Assembly: GCA_028534125.1 (NCBI GenBank)
Contig: CM052816.1
Coordinates: 74,030,001 to 74,094,000 of the forward strand
Reading direction: 5' to 3'
Origin: Lama glama
Lineage: Eukaryota
DNA: 64,000 nt
This document shows, in pieces, positions 56,231 to 64,000 of this stretch. The position numbers and the translations under genes were made by a program. Each line of letters opens with the position of its first letter. The first letter of the stretch is position 1. The notes under the pieces were generated by a model, which did not search any database, was not told the DNA's origin, and saw nothing but the letters and a program-made list of their open reading frames with translations.

Positions 56231-59200
56231 GAACCACTGCTCTAGAGCCATTCTGTTCCTTTAACTTCTTTTTCCTCCCCTCCCTTCTCTTAACTGAGCC
56301 AACTCTTTGCCTTATCAATACCTTTAACTTAGCTTTCCTTTGTCAGCAGGTCCACCTGCCCACTGCTGGGTAAAATTTAACTCTGTCCTGGCGCTACCTG
56401 TGCAGTGCTTTAAGTTACTGTGCACTATTTCAATACCCTAATAGTCAAGACTTCCTCATGTACTATCCAACTAGCCACCCCAGAATCATCCATATGGTCT
56501 GCTTTCCCCAGTTCTACTTCAGATCCTGTGTCTTTAAAGCCATTGTGTGACCATGCTGATGTGGCCTACTACAGTTCATACCATCTAACTTCAACTGGGT
56601 AGTTAGTAATACTTTGCTCACTACTGAACAAGTCTTTTCCCAAATATTGTACCAGACAACACAAGCCTTAAAACTATGTGCCCATATTAGATCCAGCCAC
56701 AAGCCAGGAGGCTCACAGCATTCCACTGATCTGAGGAACCGCTGCTAATAATGGCTCTCCAGTTACTTTGCACAAAATCTGAGGCATTGCCACATGCACC
56801 CCCTTGGCATTCCTTTACTTCCCAGGGATAATGATAATAATTAAAGAGTTTTGGAAGCATTTTACTCTTTGACCTTTCAAGGAGTTATCTGGCTTACATT
56901 CTAATAGGTACACTAATTAATGCTGCTTCAAGGTCTGGGCCACCTTCCAATCTCAGCAGCCCCATGATTGCCTCAACAGGAGGGGAATGTCAGACGAGGG
57001 CTCTAACTCTCACTCTCATCTCCTCAGACATCTGTGTGAGCTCACAAAGAAAGCACCCATCTAAACTCACATACCTTTATTCATTCAGTATTCATCTGAC
57101 TTCATTTAAGCACTGTCCAGGTTCTCGGGTCAGCAATACTGATACCATGCACATGACATGGAAGTCAGAGAGAAAATTTTCCCCAGATATCTGAGTGAAG
57201 CTGAATAAAGTATAAAATGTGGGATAGTGGTTACACAACAGACTGCACACAGGGGCAGCATGTCTAAATGACTCTGGCCATACCTCGCAACCCTCAGCTA
57301 TTTCATGTAGTCACAGGGAGTGGCTGGAGCTTTTTTAAGTATTCATAAGAGAGCTTGCTATCAGGACCACATTGTATCTGCAGAGGCCCTGTTCTTGCAA
57401 AGCCATGTGTAAATACCATACTTCCCGCTTCCTGGACCTCCATGGCTGGTTGCCCAGAGTTGGTAACAAAAGTGTCTTCGTGTCAGCCCTGTTCCCTGGC
57501 CAGCAGAGACTTGGGCATTTCTCTAGATTCTAAACTGATTGGCACAGGGCTACTCCTGGCCAAGGTGCCCTCACAAAGGGTTGCGAGACCGGGCCAGTCC
57601 TCTGGAAAGGGCTCTGCCACTTCTGGGGTGTAAGACGCAGAGCAAATGACTCTGCAAGACCTCTGCTCTCATCTCTGACATCACCTCAAGTGAGACGGGA
57701 TTAGATAACCCCCAGAGGGTCTCTGAAAGGGTAACACCACCACAAAAGAGTGAGAAGAAAGTATGGAAAGGAGAAGAGAAGCCTGTCTACGTGGCCTGTT
57801 CACGGTGTGTGTAGCCAGCATCGCTCTTCTCTTGCTGCTTTAACACATTACCCTAACTCAGCGGTTTAAACAGTCAAGGGCATTATTTTGCAGTTGGGCA
57901 CATCAGAAATCCCACAGGTCTCACTGGGCTAAAATCAAGGCATCGGCAGCGGTGCTTCCCACCGGGAGGCTCTAGGCGGGGATCAGCTTCCTTGCCTCTC
58001 GTAGGTGGGACTGCAGGTAGTTTGGCTGGAGCAGTGTTTGAGGTGGGAGAGTGGGGACGGCCGACGGTAGTCAGCTGACTGTGACCGGGACCTCTGTCTG
58101 GTAAGGAGTTGGGAATTTACCCTGAGGGCCATGCGGAAACATTGAAAGGTTTCAGCCTGAGGTTGGCATGATCAGACATGATCAGGTTTGCCTTTTTTCC
58201 TGGAAACTGGGAGCTCAGTCCAAGAGCTCCGGTGTTTTAACTGATGTCACATAATCATGTGACCTTCACATCAAGAACTTTGGAGGTTAGAGGCAGAGCA
58301 GCAACGAGAAGCCTATGTACTTAGCGCCAGTTTCCTCTGAATCTGGCTACCTATAACCTAAGAATAAAACACTAGACATAATACGTAAGCAAATTCACTC
58401 CTACCTCATGCAAACCAGGGATGTGGTCCCTCTCCTGTTGATTGTAGCCCTTTGGTTCAGGTTTGCATGGACTGTCTGCAGTGCCTAGAATGAACTGTGA
58501 CCTAGGGGTCACCTTTGTGAGCATGCTGTTCCCTCTGGCTGGAAGCCTTTTCCTTCCCCACTTAAATGTCTGCGTAGCTCTTACTGTCCCTTGGAGATGC
58601 AGTTCAGGTGTGTCCTGTCTGTAAATCATTTAAAATCCTCTCCATCCAGCCTCCAGAGTAGAGCTAGTACTTTAGTAAAGTCTTCTGCATCCTTCTTTTT
58701 CGTGCATATCACACTGTAATGCAGGCTAAATGCTTTTCTTGTCCTATCCTCATTCAAGTCCTTCACCCCCTCCCCACCCCCACCAGATCAGATCTGGATA
58801 TGCACTGTTAATTGTAAAGGCAGGATGCTTAGTCAAGGCAAATGCTATCTCAGCATAGTAGCCCCAGGATATTAATGGACAAGAAACCAGTTCTAAGGTA
58901 TGTTGATGAAAGAGATAGGACTTTCCCATCTCACCAGGGGTTCACATGGAAATTAATATCGGGGTGCAGAACCAACCATAGCCCTGCACAATGATCCCCT
59001 CACACTTACCCCTTGCTGGGCAGAGGAGAGAAGGCCGGGGATGCAAAATCTGCAAGTCACAAGGCACTGGTGAGGAATGAGACTTGACTATTTCCATAGG
59101 GAGGTGCCAGCACCTGGGGGGACCCTGAAACAGCCGAGTGCAAAGGGGAGAGGCTGCCGGGAGGAAGGTGGGGAGGGGGTAGGTGGGAAATGATGCCCAC

Positions 59201-59437
59201 CTGAAGATGCCCTCTGAAGGCTCAGGGAGAAGTCTCTGCAGGAGGCCCAGGTGGTAAGACCTTGCCCCAGAGAAAGAACGGCTCAAACCAGCGTGTGTTC
59301 ACTGTAGAGAAAACATCAGGAAGTATCAGGAAAGTTGATGGACGAGGTACTGGAGGTTCCCAAACCTTCTTGGCTTACAGTTGGTGTTCTTAATGTCTCA
59401 GTAATTTTTTCCACTTACCACTGAGCCAAAAGAAATA

Positions 59438-59937
59438 NNNNNNNNNNNNNNNNNNNNNNNNNNNNNNNNNNNNNNNNNNNNNNNNNNNNNNNNNNNNNNN
59501 NNNNNNNNNNNNNNNNNNNNNNNNNNNNNNNNNNNNNNNNNNNNNNNNNNNNNNNNNNNNNNNNNNNNNNNNNNNNNNNNNNNNNNNNNNNNNNNNNNNN
59601 NNNNNNNNNNNNNNNNNNNNNNNNNNNNNNNNNNNNNNNNNNNNNNNNNNNNNNNNNNNNNNNNNNNNNNNNNNNNNNNNNNNNNNNNNNNNNNNNNNNN
59701 NNNNNNNNNNNNNNNNNNNNNNNNNNNNNNNNNNNNNNNNNNNNNNNNNNNNNNNNNNNNNNNNNNNNNNNNNNNNNNNNNNNNNNNNNNNNNNNNNNNN
59801 NNNNNNNNNNNNNNNNNNNNNNNNNNNNNNNNNNNNNNNNNNNNNNNNNNNNNNNNNNNNNNNNNNNNNNNNNNNNNNNNNNNNNNNNNNNNNNNNNNNN
59901 NNNNNNNNNNNNNNNNNNNNNNNNNNNNNNNNNNNNN
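59438..59937. other. Assembly gap (500 N)
   Basis: Run of exactly 500 N. Confidence 1.
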
Positions 59938-60196
59938 CACAGATCTCTGAACTTAAAATGCCTTGGTTCCTATGCTAGCTCCAATACTTGTTAGCCCTCG
60001 ACCTTGGGTAAATTACTTAACTCCATGCTTGTTTCCTTATCTGTAAAATGAAGGTAATCAGAGTTCCTAGAATGGTTCTAACGATTTGGTGACTTTATAT
60101 ATGCAAAGTGGAACTGTGCCCACTATGAAATAAGTCCTATATGAGGGTCAGATATTACTGTGGTGGTGATGGTGGTTTTATAGTTGGTAAGATTGG

Positions 60197-60690
60197 TGTG
60201 TTAGGCAGAATTCAAGGAAGTCTCCAGTGACTCCTGCTTCCTGGCATCCTGTCATTTGCTTCCAGCCAATAGGATATGGCAAAGTTGAGGAAATTTTGCA
60301 GATATAATTAAAGCCCTTAAAACTGACTTTAAGTGAATCAAAAGGAAGATTATTCTGGGTGGATCTCACCTAATCAGCTGAGCTCTTTAAAAGAGGATCC
60401 AGGGATCAGACTCTCCTGCTATCTTGAAGATGTAAGCCACCAGGAGTTCAACAACCGTGAGGAAATGAAAGCCAAGGACCACATGAGTTTGGAAAGGGAC
60501 CTCAGCTGCAAAAGGAACTGCAGTCCTGGCTGACATTTGATGGCAGCCTTGTGAGATGCTGAGCAGAGCATCCAGGTAAGACACCATCCTCTACTCCTGA
60601 CCCATGCAGACTGTGAGCTAATAAATAAATAGGTGTTGTTTGAAGCCACTGAGTTTGTGCTAATGCTATTCAGCAATAGAAAACTAATAA
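60197..60690 (+). mobile_element. MLT1-type LTR
   Basis: tgtgttaggcagaatt...aagccactgagtttgtgctaatgctattcagcaatagaaaactaata. Confidence 0.8.
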
Positions 60691-61199
60691 AAATTAGTAA
60701 AAATTCAAACCATAAAAAAGTATATAGTAGATTTTTCTACCACCCTCAGAGGCAACCACTAGGAGGAACCTGTGTTTCATCATTCCAGAAATTCTCTATG
60801 CATATATAAACATTTACATGTGTCTGTGCATTGGATTTCATTCATACACACACACAAGGATATATATTTATATGGATAATTATATGGATATATATCTTGA
60901 AACAAGGGCCAAGGGCAATGAGTCAGCAAATATGTGTTATTTCAGAAATCTGTATTCTTTAGAAACTATAGAACATCTTCCAGCTGAGAAGGCTTTTAGG
61001 AGAGCCAGGCTAGGTCCCTTTTAGTGCTGTGATTTTACGATTTACATTCTGAATTAAATGTTTGATGGGGTTGGGCATCAAGGTAAACAGAGGAAAGACA
61101 GTTTTTCCACTGCTTGCCCCCTTTTTTCTTCCTTTCACGTACAGACCAGAGATCTTTTCTTACAACATGTTATTTTGACTGTTGCGTTATAGTCCACTG

Positions 61200-62200
61200 C
61201 GTGGTGTGCCATAATTTATTTTTCTGGTATCCTACTGGTAGGTATGCAGGTTGCCTTTAATATTTTGCTATTTAAAAATGCTACAATGAGATTCTTATGC
61301 TTACATCTTTGCATACATGTGTCTGTAGCTGAGGTATCAATTCCAGTAGCGAAACTCCTATGTCCAAGACTATCTTCATTTTAAATAGATCAAGTATTGC
61401 CAAATTAGTGTCCTAAGACTTTGCACCAAATTTCACTCCTACTAATCACATGTAATAAATGCTTGCTCACACCATGCAATATAAAACACTTTGGTCTTTG
61501 CCAGTCTCATACGTGAAAAATGTATCTTTTTTTAAATTTGTTTAAGTAGTTTCAAATAATGTGGAATAATGTTGAATAATGTTTTAAGCCTTATTTCTGT
61601 GAACTGCCTGTTCATATCCATGCCAAATTTTCCATTGAGTCGTTGGCCTCTTCCTTATTGACATACAAGATCTCTTTATATAACAGCCCTTTGTTTGTTG
61701 TCTTACAAATGTCACCTCCCCACACACAACTTCACGCCATTTGTCTTTTATTGAGTTTTATTTTTCCATGAGAATTTCATTTTTTTGTACAGTCAAATTT
61801 TTCATTCTTTTCCTTATGGCTTCTCAGTCTTGTTTTATGCTTAGGAAGTCCTTCCCTGTTCCAACATTTTTTTTTAAAAAAATCATATTTCCTTTGGATA
61901 CAATTATATCTCAATTATTTACATTAAATGTGTAATACACCTGGAATTTAAAGCTCAGCTTTACCTTTTTCCACATGGCTAACCAGTTGTTTCAAGCCAT
62001 TATTGAATAATCCTGTTTTTCCTGATGGAAAATGCTAACTTTAGTATGTACTGAATTTACATAAGCACCATATTTTCTGGATTTATGCATCGGTGGTTTG
62101 TGTCTACTGTAAGTATTTTAATGACAGTAGATTTAGAATATATTTTAATATCCAGAAAGACTAATCTTCACTCATATCTCTTCTTTTTCAGATTTTCCTG
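61200..62200 (-). mobile_element. Old L1 fragment (antisense)
   Basis: tctgtgaactgcctgttcatatcc; taaccagttgtttcaagccattattgaataatcc. Confidence 0.65.
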
Positions 62201-63441
62201 AGGGCATTCTTTTTATTAGCTTGAGATACCGTTCGGCTCTGATTCCCGATTTATTGATTAATTGTATGCAAGTCACTGTACTTCTGTACCTCAGCATCAT
62301 AAAAAACTGATGATATTGGGATGAATTTGTATTATTTACTTATATGGAAAGCATGAATGCTAAAAAAGAGAAGTTATAAACTCAAGTCTGGAACGGGAAC
62401 TGTAGTGTTAGCCAGGAATGAGAAATTCAGTGAGAGGGAAATTCCCTCCTCTGACTGTAGGTTCTTACTGTTTCCGCTTCGTCCTGTATTCTTAGCTCTG
62501 TTTACTTTGGTAGACCTGGTGCCCAACCCCATCGCACATTTAATGAGTATAAATCATGAAACTTCAGAACTAAAAGGGACTGAGCCTGGCTCTCCTAAAA
62601 GCCATCTCAGCTGAAAGATGGTCTATCTCGTTTGTAAAGAACACAGGTTTCTGAAATATCATATACTCCCTCTTTCTCACTCTCCCTTGGCTCCTGTTTC
62701 AAGCCTTCAAATACATTGGTGATAATATGTTTTTATAACTAACCATCCGTGCTTGAAGGAAAACTCAATACATAATTTTCTGTTTTCTGTAGGGCATAGA
62801 AAACAATTCCTTCTGAGAAATGAACATTTAAAATATTATTACCAATTAGACTATAAATATTCAGAAGAGGCCACGGGTACCACCTGTAGATTTCTGTGAT
62901 CACACTGGCAAGGTTTTGCCCATGTAATGAAGATCTGTGTGTTCAAATAACCCAATTTCTTGTTCATTCAACACTAAGCGTCTGGCATTTGCTGAGCACT
63001 GAGCTAGGCATTGGGGGTATAACAGTGAGTAAGACAGAGGCCCCGCCTTCACGAGCCCCTCTCTACTGGAGGACAGAGGAGTGCACGTATTTACAGAAGC
63101 ATGAGATAAGTTGACAATACATACTAAAAAGTGACTTCAATGGGCATGCCCTTTGAGAAGTTCTGTTTCTAAGAAACTGATTTAAGAAAATGTTGAGATG
63201 ACTGAACAAAGTGTACAGAACTGATTATCACAGAATTTCCATAACAGTAATAAACACCAGAAAAGGAACACAACCAAACTACCTAAATATCCAGCAACTG
63301 GGGAACTCTAGTAAATAAACTGGCAAAACCACGTAATTGAATACTATTAAACTCTTGCAAGGAACAAAACAATACAGATCGATAGGTTTGCCTCTGGGGG
63401 ACTATTTCTGATCTATTAATGGGAAAAAAGTCACAAAACAG

Positions 63442-63654
63442 AGGGGGGAGGGGCAAGACAGGGGTGTGGGATTAAGAGATACAAACTACTGTATAAAATA
63501 GATAAGCAACAAGGGTATATTGCATAGCACCGGGAATTATAGCCACTATCTAGTAATAACCTTTAATGTAATCTAATCTGTAAAAATACTGAATCACTAT
63601 ACTGCACACCTGGAACTAATATAATATTGTAAGTCAAATATACTTCAACTTTTT
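63442..63654 (+). mobile_element. 5'-truncated L1 3' end inserted in an older L1
   Basis: Exact 18-bp TSD AAAAAAGTCACAAAACAG at 63424-63441 and 63655-63672. Confidence 0.85.
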
Positions 63655-64000
63655 AAAAAAGTCACAAAACAGGAAGTGTTATATGACTATTTTTGTAAGA
63701 ATAAACTATACTTATAAATTAAAAATTTAAAAGGATATACATCCAAATGTTAAAGAGTTCACATTTGATTGGCTATTTGGTTACATATTATTTTTTATAT
63801 TTTCATATAATATACAATATTCTGACAATATATAAAATGTATTTTATATTTATATAAATATTTTACAAAAAGCATGGGTTTTTTTTTTAAGTCAGAACAA
63901 AGATTTATGAAAATGTAAGATGGTGAATACAGTGACTTCATTCTTTCACACACATGAGTGAAGCACCTCCTGTGTGTCTGGCCTGAGATGCACTCAGGGA

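Noticed and set aside
56250..64000. Searched for CCL28, the next syntenic gene in human
   Set aside because: No signal-peptide or CC-chemokine exon recognised; the region reads as intergenic repeats.

Overview
Mammalian genomic DNA, most likely from a camelid given its tRNA-derived Vic-1-like SINEs, syntenic to human 5p12. Three + strand genes are present: the last two coding exons and 3'UTR of PAIP1; C5orf34 (promoter ~9.5 kb, nine in-phase coding exons 13043-27167, C-terminal exons missing at a 500-N gap); and a complete 215-aa TMEM267 (CpG island ~30.7-31.8 kb, coding exons 41536-41847 and 50092-50427). The rest is introns and intergenic DNA rich in L1, L2, SINE, LTR and DNA-transposon relics. 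The most notable observations are: (1) a TSD-bounded insertion carrying ~180 bp of GC-rich non-L1 leader ahead of an L1 5'UTR (5'-transduction/chimera candidate); (2) two TSD-flanked L1s that keep both ends but each carry two large internal deletions; (3) a polyadenylated LTR 3' fragment inserted with a TSD by L1-type retrotransposition; (4) PLK4 polo-box-like repeats in C5orf34 under a CHR/ETS promoter; (5) YdjM-like metal-ligand motifs and a uORF cluster in TMEM267. I found no wholly new biological system. Gene and repeat names come from recognition by eye, not database searches.
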